From Salisapilia sapeloensis CBS 127946 (taxonomy: Eukaryota > Protista > Oomycota), in NCBI GenBank assembly GCA_023334545.1, contig JAADVB010000068.1, positions 1 to 64,000 of the forward strand: a stretch of DNA of 64,000 nt. The letters run 5' to 3'. The translations under genes and the position numbers were made by a program. Shown here piece by piece: positions 21,901-34,035 of this stretch; position 1 is the stretch's first letter, and every line of letters starts with the position of its first letter. The notes below the pieces were generated by a model, which saw only the letters and a list, made by a program, of their open reading frames with translations, was not told the DNA's origin and ran no database searches.

Positions 21901-23406
21901 TGGAGAACCAGAGACTAGTGAATGCACAGGATGATGAATTGCATCAGTTGCGTCGACGGAATGAAGAACTTGAAGCGCAAGTGACACCACCGAAACGAGC
22001 GATGTCAGGGCAAAAGACCACAAGAGGACGAGCCTCTGGTCGATCCCCGGTAGACGTTCGACGTATCCAAGAGCTGGAAAAGCGATTACAACAGATGGAA
22101 GAGAGCTGGCGAACGAAACACCCAGATAGTGTCTCGAACTTGATCTTTGCGTCTCGAAGAGCAGAGGAAGATGCGAGAGCTGATCGTATTCGAGATGAGT
22201 ATCAGACTAAAGTGGCTGAGCTACAGGAAGAAATGGATGCAATGCATGAAACGAATGAACGCAAGCTTCGTGGCTTTCGACAGCAACAGGAAAAGATTGT
22301 AGCACAGTATCAAAAGCGAATTCAGGAACAGGAAAAGAAACTAGAGCACTACATTCAGCATGAAAAGCCTAAAGACACAAGTGCTTGTGGGAAGAAGCAT
22401 AAGGAAGATCAAGTCAAACGTATTCGAGAGTTTTACATTGAAAAAGTAAAAGAAACGGAACGCAAGTGGGAAGTTCGGTATCGAGCACTTCGAAAGCAAT
22501 TGTACAGTAGTAAGAACGACCAGCATGACTCCTCTATGCAGCGTAAGCTCCATGAAAGACAAAAGGAAATTGATCGTCTCAAGGCCCAACTAGAGAAAGT
22601 AAATCGATCCGATGGTACCCACAAGATAGAGCACGAGGTAGATAAACATCCGTCTTGTATATCTTCATCAATCCCTTCGCCTGCAAAGCCTCTTGCAAAT
22701 GAACTCGCGAGTAAAAGGATCAGTTTACTAGAAAAGAAACTGGAAGCTAGTGAAAGAGAGAGAGACAAGCTCACACAGACTCTGGAACAAGTATCTTCGA
22801 AGGAAAAGATGAAGGGAGAAAAGATAACTTCCCAGTTGAAAGCACTGGAGGCTCAGATGGAGAAGCAGAGTAGTTATGCAAGAGAAGAGCTACAGACACT
22901 TCGTGCTCAATTTGAAGCAGAGAAGAAAGCTAGAGAAGAAGCAGAGTCGATCGCTGCAGCACAAACTCAGTCACAACAGACACTCCATTCGCATCTGACA
23001 AGCTTAGAGAGTGAAAAGCTGCAGTTAGAACAAAATGCACGTCGTATCCCAGCGCTCGAACAAGAGATCTGTCGACTCCATCGAGAACGAAACGTCCCTC
23101 GCACTCCATCCATGATGCAGTATCGAGAACTAGAGATGAAAGTCGAGACGTTAGTCAACAAGTACGCTATTCGAGAAGAAGAGCTGCGTCATATCGTCCA
23201 TCAAGCATCTCAATCAGGCTACTTGGAGCGTCTGACGCTACAGAAGACACACGACAATGCCATGGCATTAAAAAATGCGGAAATCCAAAAGTTTAAACAG
23301 CAGGTACGTCCTCCTACAACATCTACTTGTACAAATACTTACACGTCCATACAAGCTGGATGAGATTGTAAATGAATTAGAAGTACTACACACACGAACA
23401 GCATAG
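18923..23406 (+). CDS. CEP162: Centrosomal/transition-zone protein CEP162-like; multi-exon
   Basis: KLIEAYQKENERL, LQKKLDWYMENQRL and RRIQELEKRLQQMEESWRTKHPDSVSNLIFAS parallel the conserved CEP162 blocks (YQQENERL, LQWYAENQ, IQDLERQV..RYPNSL..LI.A). Acidic low-complexity N-terminal exons; last exon LDEIVNELEVLHTRTA* ends at 23406. Confidence 0.75.
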
Positions 23407-23424
23407 AGGATAGAGGATAGAGGA
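23404..23424 (+). repeat. Heptamer tandem repeat (TAGAGGA)x3
   Basis: Read directly: tagagga tagagga tagagga, starting at the CEP162 stop codon. Confidence 0.85.
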
Positions 23425-23487
23425 AGGGTAGAGCCGAATATATTTTGTTTCGTCTAAATCGTTGCCTGTTCATACCACTCGACCGGC

Positions 23488-24225
23488 TTAAGTCATCGAG
23501 TCGATCAAAGCACTACGCATGTTGCCCGAAATAGCCGAGGGCTGTGCGTTCTGCAGCTTGAAGATAGATTCCACGACCGAAATCTCCGTCGCCGTCGTGT
23601 CCAGACCGCAAAAGGCCGTCCAGTCGTTCACAACCATGCCGGCGCCGATGACGTCGCTACCACGGTTCACCGTACCGGCGACGACAGGTACTTGAAGTAG
23701 AGAACTCAGCTCCTCTTGGTCTTCCACAGACGTTCGCGGGTGGACGAGGCACCCTTGGTTCGACAAGGCACTGTAGCTGCCGACGAGAGCGTTCCCTGCG
23801 ACGGTTTGACGGAACACTTCGACGCCTAGCGTGTCGGCAACAATCTCTTCTGTTTCACGGTCCAAATCCGTGTGGACAAGCGCAACGTGGTCGTTCGTGA
23901 CGACACAGTTGCCGAGCGCTGACAGACGCTCTTCGACGCGCTGGACGACGACCGAGTCCGGGAGCGAGTTTCGAATGTGCTGCAGCTCTTGGTCTGTCGT
24001 CGAGTTCGGAAGGAGCAGTCCGTTCTTGTTCCCGACGGCAACACGTCCGAGGAAACGGCATCCCGCGACGGAAGCGTGGATGACTGGAATGTGATCAGCT
24101 AGTTCCGATTCAAAGGTACTGTAAAAGTTTTCACTTCCGCCGACACAGACGAGGGAGTATGAGTTCGTGAGTTTCGTGAAGACACCAATGTCATTGTTGT
24201 TCTCGAATTGGCAACGGATTGCCAT
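23488..24225 (-). CDS. EIF6: Eukaryotic translation initiation factor 6; intronless
   Basis: [85 protein letters not shown]; near-canonical eIF6. Confidence 0.97.
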   Translation of the reverse strand: MAIRCQFENNNDIGVFTKLTNSYSLVCVGGSENFYSTFESELADHIPVIHASVAGCRFLGRVAVGNKNGLLLPNSTTDQELQHIRNSLPDSVVVQRVEERLSALGNCVVTNDHVALVHTDLDRETEEIVADTLGVEVFRQTVAGNALVGSYSALSNQGCLVHPRTSVEDQEELSSLLQVPVVAGTVNRGSDVIGAGMVVNDWTAFCGLDTTATEISVVESIFKLQNAQPSAISGNMRSALIDSMT

Positions 24226-24953
24226 GATAGCGTCGACTTGCACGTGGGTACTGGACTTGCGGTTTCTTTGGTTGTGATGCGAACGATCGAGTTTGATGTG
24301 ATTATTCTGGAACGAAATGAGGGTATTTATCAAGTATCTCAGAAACTGCGTTGTGGTCGGATGGTTAATGATGGTCATTGGAGAGAACGTGGCTACAGGT
24401 GCGTATGGTAGCAAGTAGTGTTAGTACATGGTATGGTGGGTGGATACTGAGGATATTGGGGGCAGAGGTGAGATATTGGACTGATGGAGGTTGCTTGTCA
24501 ATTTATAAGTTGTAGTAGTGTTTGCTACCAAGCAAGATGTGTTCAACAACATAGATTTCTGATTTTTCGGATATGTTGAGTCAGCACGGACGTATACTCT
24601 TCCGATAGTCGTTCTATGGTTGCGAGTGAATTGTAATGGAGGATAGCATTCTTGTCTTTAATGGATACCTTCAAGATGAAAGATGGCCCAAATTAATAAC
24701 AGTATTCTATCAATATGAACCCTGGACGAAGTGTACCTAGACAGATGAAGCTCCATTAGCTCTATAGAGCTGACGTTGACAATGTGTTTGCCTTCTCGGC
24801 ATCTTTCTACTAGTTTCCTGTAAACCTTAGTATCGTAACTCCTTTTAAAGGAGTCATCCGGATCGAGGTTAATTTAACGATAGATAAATTATATTGTCAC
24901 ATTGACGCGACTCATCTTGTTTAATTTGGCTTTGTTCGTTAAACAGAGAGTTA

Positions 24954-24976
24954 AGTGTTTAGTGTTTAGTGTTTAG
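24954..24976 (+). repeat. Heptamer tandem repeat (AGTGTTT)x3
   Basis: Read directly: agtgttt agtgttt agtgttt ag. Confidence 0.85.
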
Positions 24977-25939
24977 AAAGGAATATTAGGCATGGTGAAA
25001 AGAAACATATATGGATAGTAATCGGAATCAAACCCGGAGTCTTTGGCGGTTCTTCCTACTATCTCTTCGCTGTCCATCTTTCCCTCCTTATCCACGTACA
25101 TTGTCCGTTCCTCTGTCATGTATTGGCCGGAATTGTGTCGGGTGTATCGTGGTGTATCCTCGAAGCCCTTCACGTTGAAGTTCCAATCGATTTACTTGCA
25201 CTATTGAACTCTTCGCCATTTCATTGGGACAGATTACAGTCCAAGTCGCAACATCGCTCAATTATTTAGTCCGTCACAGTACTACGCCTGCTCCGAAATA
25301 ATAGCGAAGAGCTCACTAGCGCAAGTAAAGCGAAGAGCTCGCCGATTCTTTCGGCCGCTTTTTCAAATGTGCACATGTCGAGTACTAGGCGTAACTTGAA
25401 GTCTTCTCGGAGATGGTATCCTCCCGATTGTATCAAAGACAAAAGATCACTCGCTTTTGCATTTCTAGTCTGATGGAAACATTATATTGAAATGCTTCGT
25501 CAGGTTTTTAACGGTAAGTGGCAAAGCAAAATCGGCTACTCTCAACGACCGCAGAGTTTACGAAGTAGATTATCATGAATAGACTGACAGGATGCGAGTC
25601 CCCAATTCCTCTGGATTCTGATTCAGTGCGACCACGGCTCAAAGATATCATCGGCCTAGATAAATTTGATCACTTCAGCGTATATCAACCAAGCAGAAGC
25701 AACCAAAATTAACGACTCCAAGTCAGTAACGACGGCACTACCGTCTCCAATCGAATCATAGGCATAGCCAGAATCCTGAAATGAAGGTACAAAACCTCAT
25801 ACGAGGAAACCAGCACAAGTACTATCAACTTCAACATTCTATTCGAACCTAATCCAGTACTTTGATCACAACTGGTACACACAATATCAAAGTAAAGAGG
25901 TAAACCTCTCTCATTTCATAGCCGAAGAGCTGACGGAGG

Positions 25940-28183
25940 ATGAACATACGAGTACTGCTTATTAGCTGCCTATTCATGGCCTTCCTAGGCACTACCAATG
26001 CCAATAACTCCCATCGTCGCTTGAAACCATTCACTAGTGGCGTATATAACCAACAAGAACGTGCGAATGGTGAATACATCTACCCTCTTTCAATCGGTCT
26101 TGAGATCGAAGACTGGGCGGCACTCGAAGAGCAGTTCTACCAGCGTTCCAATCCATCGTATGTACTCTCCATAACGTCTTCATACACTGCAATATTCATA
26201 ATCTAGTTGCATGGCGTCAGGCATCCGAATTACGGCAAGTACTTGACAGCATCCGAAGCGAATGCGCTGTCGAAGCCATCAGCAAATGCTATCAATGCCA
26301 TTCGCCAGTGGATAGAACCCCATGCGAATGCACGAGGTAGCTTTAACCCCACCACCAACGTCTATAAGGTAGCTATTACTATCGAATCCATGCATCTATC
26401 TACTCAGATGCGAACTATTGATTCCCACTAGGTTCCCATCACTGTCCGAAGGCTGGAGCATTTGCTCTCGACAGAAATCCACACGTTTGTGCATACAGAT
26501 TCCAAGCACAGACTGTTACGTAGCTCCACACCTTTATCCTTACCACCTCATCTACAGTCCATGATCTCGTTTTTGAATATAAACACACATCCGCTTCATC
26601 TTCGTACGACAGCTACATCATCCGTAGACCAGATAGCAGAAGGAAGCAACACATTGGATGGAATACGAAATCTATATGACATTCCAGATGAGTTGGAAGT
26701 AACCAACGCCAGCAGTACGCAAGCTCTAGCTTCTTTCTATCAAGAGAACTGGAGCTCGAACGATATGAAAGAATTCTTCACCGAATTCCTACCAGAAGAC
26801 TCGCTTCCTCGCGTCATCGCCAAGGGCAATAGGAAGAATAACCAGAATGCCCCGACGATCGAATCGTCACTAGATATGCAGTACCTCACAGGCATTGGAC
26901 GCAATGCTCTCACCTACGTCTGGACGATGAACGGCAGCAACCCATACTCTGTCGAAGACGAACCGTTCCTGGAGTTTGCTCAGTCTGTCCTGGAAGCAGA
27001 GGATCCGCCACTCGTCATCTCGATCAGCTACTCGGACGATGAAGAGCACATCTTCCAAGCGTCAGAGGAGTACGCTCGGTCCTTTGATGCACTCTTAGCC
27101 AAGATGGGTCTTCGTGGTATCTCGGTGCTAGTTGCCAGTGGTGACGACGGTGTCGTTGGTCTACGTCCTTCCGTGTCAAAAATGGAAGATGATGACGTCT
27201 GTGATCGACATGGACCTCAATGGCCGTCGTCCAGCCCTTTTATCACCTCTGTGGGTGCAACGATGCAGCTAGCACCTTCTTCTTTTGATACCAATTACTT
27301 TTCCACCAAAGATGAAATTGTATGTAGTTCAGAAGTAGGTGGTGTCATTACGAGTGGCGGTGGCTTCTCCAACGTCTACACTCGTCCAGCGTATCAGGAT
27401 CAAGTCGTACGTCGATACCTCCATCATAGAAGTACACCTCAGACACCAGGTTTCTTTAACCAAAGTGGAAGAGCCTATCCGGATGTCTCGGCTGTCGGTG
27501 CATCCTTTATCGTGTATATCGGTGGTAGACGTACGAGTGTATCTGGTACATCAGCCTCCACCCCTGTTGTCGCTGGGATGGTGACGTTATGGAACGACAT
27601 GCGACTCAACGCTGGCAAGTCTCCTCTCGGTTTCCTCAATCCACTCTTGTACTCCATCTCGAACGTCTACCCAGACGCTTTTAATGACATTGTCATCGGT
27701 AACAATGGAGCTGTGAGAGGCAATAAGAAAGTCTGTAACGAGTCCTTTGCTGCTGTACCAGGATGGGACCCAGCCTCCGGTCTCGGTTCGATTAACTTTA
27801 CTACCATCTCGCACATCATCGAAAGGCTCGATGCTGACATGCAGCTACCAAACACTTCTTTCGTCGGTGGTGTGTCACCAAAGACTGCATTGGGCTGTGA
27901 CGACACGCTCCGAGCACCCAAGGCACCAACACCAACGACACAAGAAACAAGGAAAGAATCTGATAGTAGCACTATCATCCTTGTCATCAGTGTCATCATC
28001 GCCATTCTCGTTATCGAAGCAATCGTCTTCCATTGGTATCGCAAGCGAAACTCCGAGTACGATCCACTCGATAAGAAACCATTAACAAGCATCGAAATGG
28101 ATGACAGAGGAGAGATAGAACAAGGGATAGACACTCCTGATGTAGACGTGACGACAAGAAACAACGAAAGCGTAATACAGTAA
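25940..28183 (+). CDS. Sedolisin / tripeptidyl-peptidase I-like peptidase (family S53) with signal peptide, prodomain and C-terminal TM helix; 3 exons
   Basis: Signal peptide MNIRVLLISCLFMAFLGTTNA, prodomain SNPSHPNYGKYLT, catalytic ESSLDMQY, SGDDG and GTSASTP, RAYPDVSA, Ca site DIVIGNN..PGWDPASGLGS, TM IILVISVIIAILVIEAIVFHWY. Confidence 0.92.
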
Positions 28184-28210
28184 CTCCATGTTCTTCCGTT
28201 TTGCCATCGA

Positions 28211-30676
28211 CTAGGATAGCCAAATGGCTTTCACATCATCCTGACCAAACATCTTCTTGCACGTTGGACACTTGCGATTGCGAGACTTGAGATTCCCTTC
28301 CACACACTCACGACAGAACATGTGGAAGCACTTGGAGATGATCACGTCCTTCCGTCGATCTTGACATACGCTGCATTTGACCGTATTCTGCAGATCCCGC
28401 AGCTCCAGACGCTCCAAGTCCGTTACTTCCCCCGTCGCATGACTCGACCGAGCATCAGCTAACAGTCGCTCCGCGCGCTGCTTCTGACGTCTGTAGCTAT
28501 CGCACTGCTCACACGGTTTCTGCCTCTCCGCCTCCACTTGCTGCTGTTTGAGCTTGAGATCATTCAGAGACTGCGTATACACGTGCTTAGTGGTCGTCGC
28601 CTCCTGCATGGACTTGACACGATCCGCCGCAGCGGCATCTCGTTCCTCCTCCACCTTGTGCACATAAGCCTGGAGGGTCTCGAGCTCCTTCACTTTGGCA
28701 TTCAAAGCTTCCTTGGAGGACTCGAGTGTCGACTTCTGCTGCTTATGAACAGCCTTTAGCGACGACACTTCGAGCCGAGCAGACGTGAGCTCTTCAAAGC
28801 AGTGGCTCTTGGCCTGCTCCTCCTTGGCGACTTGACTCGTCAGTTTCTTGACAGCCGATCGCTTTTCTTCAAGCTGTTGCGTCAGCTTCTTCTTCGCCTG
28901 CACCGCAGCCTCCTGCTCCTGTCCGATCGTATCGATTTCGGCTAACAAGGCATCATTCTCCTCTCTCGCAGCCTCTTCGTTCGCTTTCGCTTCCTTCATC
29001 TGTTTCTCCATCTCGACAAGTTGTTTCTGAGCTTGTGAGAGCTCTTCTTGGACTCGTGCAAGCCTCTCATCCATCTCCTCTTGCTTCTCTAAAGCTGCAC
29101 GTAACTTATCATCTGCACTCTTCCCTTCTGTCGCACGAAGGTTATCTAATGCACTCTGAAGCTCTTCATTCCTACCGACAAGAGACTTATTCTCGGTCTT
29201 TAGCGTCTCGAGCTGACTATTTGAGACAGCAGATGTGATCTCATCTGAACGCTTCTTCTCTCTCTCAACCTGTGTCTTCAAACTCTCCTTTTCTCTCGCT
29301 AGAGCTTCATGTAATGACTTCAACTCCACTAGTTCATCTCGCATCGATGAACAAGTCGCCACTTTCTCTCGTAAGGCACTGTTCTTTGCATGTAGTTCAT
29401 CTGCATGTGTCTTTGCTTTCGTCAAATCTGTCTGGAGCTTACTCATCTTCTTCTTCCACTTTTCTGCAACATGCTTTTCGATATCTTTGGCCTTGTATCG
29501 AATCTTATTAAACTCGTCTGTCATGTGCTTCTTCTCTTCTTCCAACACATGTATCCGATCAGCATGGTCTTGACGAATACTAGCTTCCTCTTTCTTCCAA
29601 GCAAGCTCAGCTGCTGTCCACTTATCAATCTCTCGCTTCAGCTCGTCCGACCGACTACGCTCCTGATGAAGCTTATCGGATAAAACCTTGGCATCTTCCT
29701 GCATCTGCCCAACGATCAATTCATGCTGCTTGCGTTCGTCCTTCAGAGCTTCCGCCACCTGCTCCGTCGGTACAGGTGACTGCTTTTCATTTCCTGGACT
29801 CGTATTTTCTTCCTTCACCTGTCCATTAGCATCGGAAGACTTTTCTTCTTGTAGAGCATGCGCATCGACGAGGGACTGGAGACGATCCAAGTCTCGGCAA
29901 GCTCGATGTCGCTCCGTCTCTTTCTTTTCCATATCGTCCTCGAGATCTCGAATCTGTTGCTTATAGACTTGCAGCTCTTCTTTCACACGAAGTAGCTCTG
30001 TAGATGTCTTTCGCTTCTCTTCCAACACCTTTCGACTGTCGAAAGACATGGCCTCTTGACTATTCATCGACGTCAAAAGCTTTTGCAAGAGCGAACGAAC
30101 GGCTTGTCGCTTCGGTTTTAAATCATCCTCTAGCTCTTCTTTAATATGCTCATTCTGTTCTGTACCGAGAGAATCGGATGGAGCACCAGTGTCGTGGGAA
30201 GATGGTAGCTCGACCTTGTTTTCATTCCGACTGATCGAGAGGAACCAGTCTGGGAGACAGAGCTTCACATCTTTCGAGTACATCCGATTGACGTCCACGA
30301 GTTCACTATCGGATGCATTTAAGACTGTATCCCAGTCCTCCTGACTATCTAGAGCTTCTTGTGGCAATAACGAAACCAAGTCATCTACGAGCTGGATCCA
30401 CTCGGAACGCAATGTACGTAAAGTTGCATCACTAATAGCACTACGCCTATATAAAGTCTCACACTTTTGTGCTAGAAATTGCAACCGACGATTCTTTTCC
30501 ATCATGTCCAACTGCATCGCGTGGTTCTTGTCTTTGACAGCTTCGATCGTATCTGGATTCGCTTCGGGCATCTTTTCCTCAAGCTTCAGCTTCTTGTGAG
30601 CATTGCTACGTGGACTTGAAGCACCCCTCTTCACACCTACTTCATCTCGACCGTTCATATCCGTCGACTCGGCCAT
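28211..30676 (-). CDS. BRE1: E3 ubiquitin ligase BRE1 (histone H2B monoubiquitination); intronless
   Basis: Long coiled-coil, ENDALLAEIDTIGQEQE-like BRE1 block, and terminal RING CSVCQDRRKDVIISKCFHMFCRECVEGNLKSRNRKCPTCKKMFGQDDVKAIWL. Confidence 0.92.
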   Translation of the reverse strand: MAESTDMNGRDEVGVKRGASSPRSNAHKKLKLEEKMPEANPDTIEAVKDKNHAMQLDMMEKNRRLQFLAQKCETLYRRSAISDATLRTLRSEWIQLVDDLVSLLPQEALDSQEDWDTVLNASDSELVDVNRMYSKDVKLCLPDWFLSISRNENKVELPSSHDTGAPSDSLGTEQNEHIKEELEDDLKPKRQAVRSLLQKLLTSMNSQEAMSFDSRKVLEEKRKTSTELLRVKEELQVYKQQIRDLEDDMEKKETERHRACRDLDRLQSLVDAHALQEEKSSDANGQVKEENTSPGNEKQSPVPTEQVAEALKDERKQHELIVGQMQEDAKVLSDKLHQERSRSDELKREIDKWTAAELAWKKEEASIRQDHADRIHVLEEEKKHMTDEFNKIRYKAKDIEKHVAEKWKKKMSKLQTDLTKAKTHADELHAKNSALREKVATCSSMRDELVELKSLHEALAREKESLKTQVEREKKRSDEITSAVSNSQLETLKTENKSLVGRNEELQSALDNLRATEGKSADDKLRAALEKQEEMDERLARVQEELSQAQKQLVEMEKQMKEAKANEEAAREENDALLAEIDTIGQEQEAAVQAKKKLTQQLEEKRSAVKKLTSQVAKEEQAKSHCFEELTSARLEVSSLKAVHKQQKSTLESSKEALNAKVKELETLQAYVHKVEEERDAAAADRVKSMQEATTTKHVYTQSLNDLKLKQQQVEAERQKPCEQCDSYRRQKQRAERLLADARSSHATGEVTDLERLELRDLQNTVKCSVCQDRRKDVIISKCFHMFCRECVEGNLKSRNRKCPTCKKMFGQDDVKAIWLS

Positions 30677-30857
30677 CGACACCTTGGTCCTCGACGTCCC
30701 CCTTTGCAGTCCCTGTAATTGGTGTGGGATCGGTCGAGCGAAACGTCTGCGTTCTTGTATGTCTCGTAGAACATGTATAATGACGTGTAACAGACATAGT
30801 GAAAGGAAGAGAGACACGATCTCCCACAGTCATTTGTCGAAAGGAAGATCAGACACC

Positions 30858-31634
30858 ATGTCGCTCGTGCCGATGGACGATATCATCTACCTCGTACCAG
30901 AGGACAAGTCGGAAGAAGTCCGTCCCTTGGAGGAAAAGGAGCTGGGCGAGCGTGCTGAGCGAACGAAAGCCATTTCGACCATATTGGACATTGCTTCCAT
31001 CCTCGTGCATTATTGGAATCTGAACCCATCTATAGCGAATCTCGTGCTCGAGTACATGGGCATCAATGCTTTCACGATGAAAGCGGAAACTCATGAAATA
31101 GTCAGGAGCGTTAACAATGCGAATCAAATATATTTGGAGCTACCGACGCCATCCATGGCAGCTTTGGATCTGCCGAAAGGTGTCTCGTCTGGACCATGCA
31201 AAGCCATTATAGTCGAGACGACATCGAAAGACCAAGGCTGGGCTTCTCAAGATAACCATTTTTCTGGCACATACCGTGACTCGTGGACGTGGTTCGATCT
31301 CCGTGTCGCTCGGTTCGAAGCTGAGGCTGGGGACGAGCGACTGGTAGCGGAAGACCAAGTCACGTCTAACCTCCGCTGTCATCGCGACTATCGCCACCAT
31401 CGCAAGGAGTACACGGATCCTGACGGTCTTATCCAATCTGTCCTACCAGGCGATATTCTTCGTCTCGTCATCCGATCCAAGTTCGGCGCCTGGACGAATA
31501 ACGTCAAGTACGGACTGCTCGAAGTCTCCTTTCCGATATTCTTTAACGAAGATTTTGCGGATCAAAGTAACATTCGATCCATCCCGACACGCAAGTCTTC
31601 GAATAAATCGAATCGAGAGTGTTGCATGCAGTAA
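30858..31634 (+). CDS. Uncharacterised protein with xDQGW...SWTWF domain and C-terminal CaaX box
   Basis: ATG-started single exon containing ETTSKDQGWASQDNHFSGTYRDSWTWFDL and FGAWTNNV, ending RECCMQ*. Confidence 0.72.
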   Translation: MSLVPMDDIIYLVPEDKSEEVRPLEEKELGERAERTKAISTILDIASILVHYWNLNPSIANLVLEYMGINAFTMKAETHEIVRSVNNANQIYLELPTPSMAALDLPKGVSSGPCKAIIVETTSKDQGWASQDNHFSGTYRDSWTWFDLRVARFEAEAGDERLVAEDQVTSNLRCHRDYRHHRKEYTDPDGLIQSVLPGDILRLVIRSKFGAWTNNVKYGLLEVSFPIFFNEDFADQSNIRSIPTRKSSNKSNRECCMQ

Positions 31635-31688
31635 CAATGGAACTCAAATACATGATATTGGGAATTAAAAAATATGTATTAATTTTTT

Positions 31689-33400
31689 TTATTTACTAAA
31701 CACTTGATCAATCTGTTCTAACGTCAAGCCTTTTGTCTCTGGTACCTAGTGCATCCATAAATACATGAATCGTACAGTAGGAAAAGGTAGAAGGTAAACC
31801 TTGAGGTAGACGAAAGTGAGCGAGATGGCTGTCAGGAGTGCGTAGAATAGAAATGCATTGGAAGTACCTAAAAAATTCTTTAGATATATCCGGTACGAGT
31901 AGATAGAAGACATACCGAGTGCATAAAAGAGTGTCAACAAAGTCTGGTTCACCACAGCACTGGATAACCAGAAAGATGCAAAGGCGATGCCCATGCCGAG
32001 AGAACGATGCTCATCTGGTAGTAACTCGGCGCAGATGACGTACATGAGCGGTGCCCAGCTCAGATTCCACGCGAAGATAAAGACGTATAGCGTCCACATG
32101 CCGACATCCTGTGCTGTCTCTGACTCTTGCATCGAGAAACTGAACGCGAACGATAAATGGCAAGAGTACATGACGATGGAACCTAGAAGCAACAAGCTCC
32201 TTCGACCGAATCGATCGACGGCGAACATGGCACAGCTGACACCAAGCAGTTTGGCGATCGCGACGCCGACTTCCTTTGTCATTTCCTCCGTCGCGATACG
32301 ATCTGGATCGAGAGCATCTAAGATATAGCTAGAGTAATACAACATGGCGTTGGCGCCAGTAGCGCTCTGGGCAATACCGATCGCGATGCACATGAATAAA
32401 CGAGGACGAAGGGATACATCTCGAACGATGTCTAGTAACGAATGCCATAAACTACAGTGCAGTCCTTTGTGGATACGAAAGCTCTTGAGACGTTGATCAG
32501 GGTCTGCGTCTTCTTGGAAGAGAAGGCGGACAGCATCTTTAGCTTCCTGCTCTTTGCTTTGCTATCGTATACAGATAAGACGAAGGAATATCATGGTAGA
32601 GCTATAGAAAGGTACTGATAGGAGCCATCGAGGTGATTCTGGAAGGAATGGGACGCCGAGAAGTTGTAAGACAGGTGGGATGATCGTTACCGACAGCATG
32701 TATCGCCATCCGTACGGGATGTTCTGTAAGAGACCGCTAGTGATGATGGAGATGAGACAGCCAATGCAGACCATCAAGTCGTTTAATGCCACAAGTGCTC
32801 CTCGATGCTCTGGTGATGCAACCTCCGCGATATAAGCAGATGAGCACGGTCCAGAACTCCCGACTGCAAGACCAGCAAGGAATCTACCTATAAGCATCGT
32901 GGACATGGCAGTAGCGAATGTCATGAAGATGGAGCCTGTGAGGAAGAAGGAGGCTGTTACAAGAATCGCCTTCTTCCGACCGAACCAGTCGGCGAGGATA
33001 CCCCCGCTAAATGATCCGAAGACCGCACCGACCATGAGTACGCTCACGATACTCTCGGCATACGCAGTCGAAAGGTCAAAGTCCTATAGAGTACTCAGTA
33101 TCGGAAGTTCGTTATTAGATGAAAGGAGACTACCTCCTGGATAAGAGGCAGAGCGATGACCATGACACACAAGTCATAGCCAAAGAGGAAGCCAGAGAGA
33201 GCACTCAGAGCGCAGATCCAGAACTGGATGCTACATGAAGAATGCGTCGCGAGCACCTTTGGTGCATCGGACCCGGCACTCGTGTCCTTCACGACGTCTT
33301 TCGTATCCACGGCGTCTTCCTTCGTCACGACCTCAATTGTAGATTCAAGGTCTTCCTCCTGTTCGGATGCTTCTGGCACAGCTTCATACGTCCGCATCAT
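31689..33400 (-). CDS. MFS sugar porter (SP family); multi-exon
   Basis: LSGFLFGYD, LADWFGRKK, GRFLAGLAVG, YIAEVAS..HRG, FLPESPRWL, VDRFGRRSLLL, C-terminal VPETKGLTLEQIDQVF. Confidence 0.92.
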
Positions 33401-34035
33401 GGTGCCTCAAGTACTAAACACAATACGTTCCTCTGCTCCACGTGATCTCTAATCTTCCTTGCTAACGTGCAGCCACTCTCTCTACACAGATGGTCTCCGT
33501 GGAACCCGGTACCACTAGGATGTGACGAAGAGATGAAAAGAGATTTTAAAATGCAAGATGTCTATGCTCAAGTCCTAGCTCTCGAGTCTAAATACAGATA
33601 CACCAATCGACAATACCTTATCCTAGATAAAGTCACGATCTGTCATGTGGAAGCAGGAAGAGTAGAGTTCGCGATAGTTTTTAAATACAGGACGTCTATA
33701 GTTCCTACGTATCTAATTGGAAAAGATAAACGCTCTCGTAGGTATTGCTATAGTACAGGGTGGTAAGAACTGATAGAGATTCTATTCGACTAACTCATTT
33801 CAACGCACATATACGCCTAGATCAAGGTACAAAAGGGATAGCTTTCACGGAGGTAATGGCTGACTTAATGACGATCGCGTTCGTCATTTTCGATTAAAGC
33901 AGTGTTGGGAAGGAGCTCATTGATTAAAGCCATTTGTATGTCGCTTTAAATGCAAAAGTAGAAGCATAGTGCGAGTACTAGCTACTTAGATCGTAGAGAT
34001 CGCTCTGGTGAATATATTGATGACTTATAGCTCAT

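Noticed and set aside
25303-25348. Direct repeat AGCGAAGAGCTC x2
   Set aside because: Only two 12-nt copies with a short spacer; not a CRISPR array or LTR.
33467-33766. 99-aa GTG-started ORF next to the sugar transporter start
   Set aside because: It overlaps the expected promoter region and has no ATG context or domain signal.
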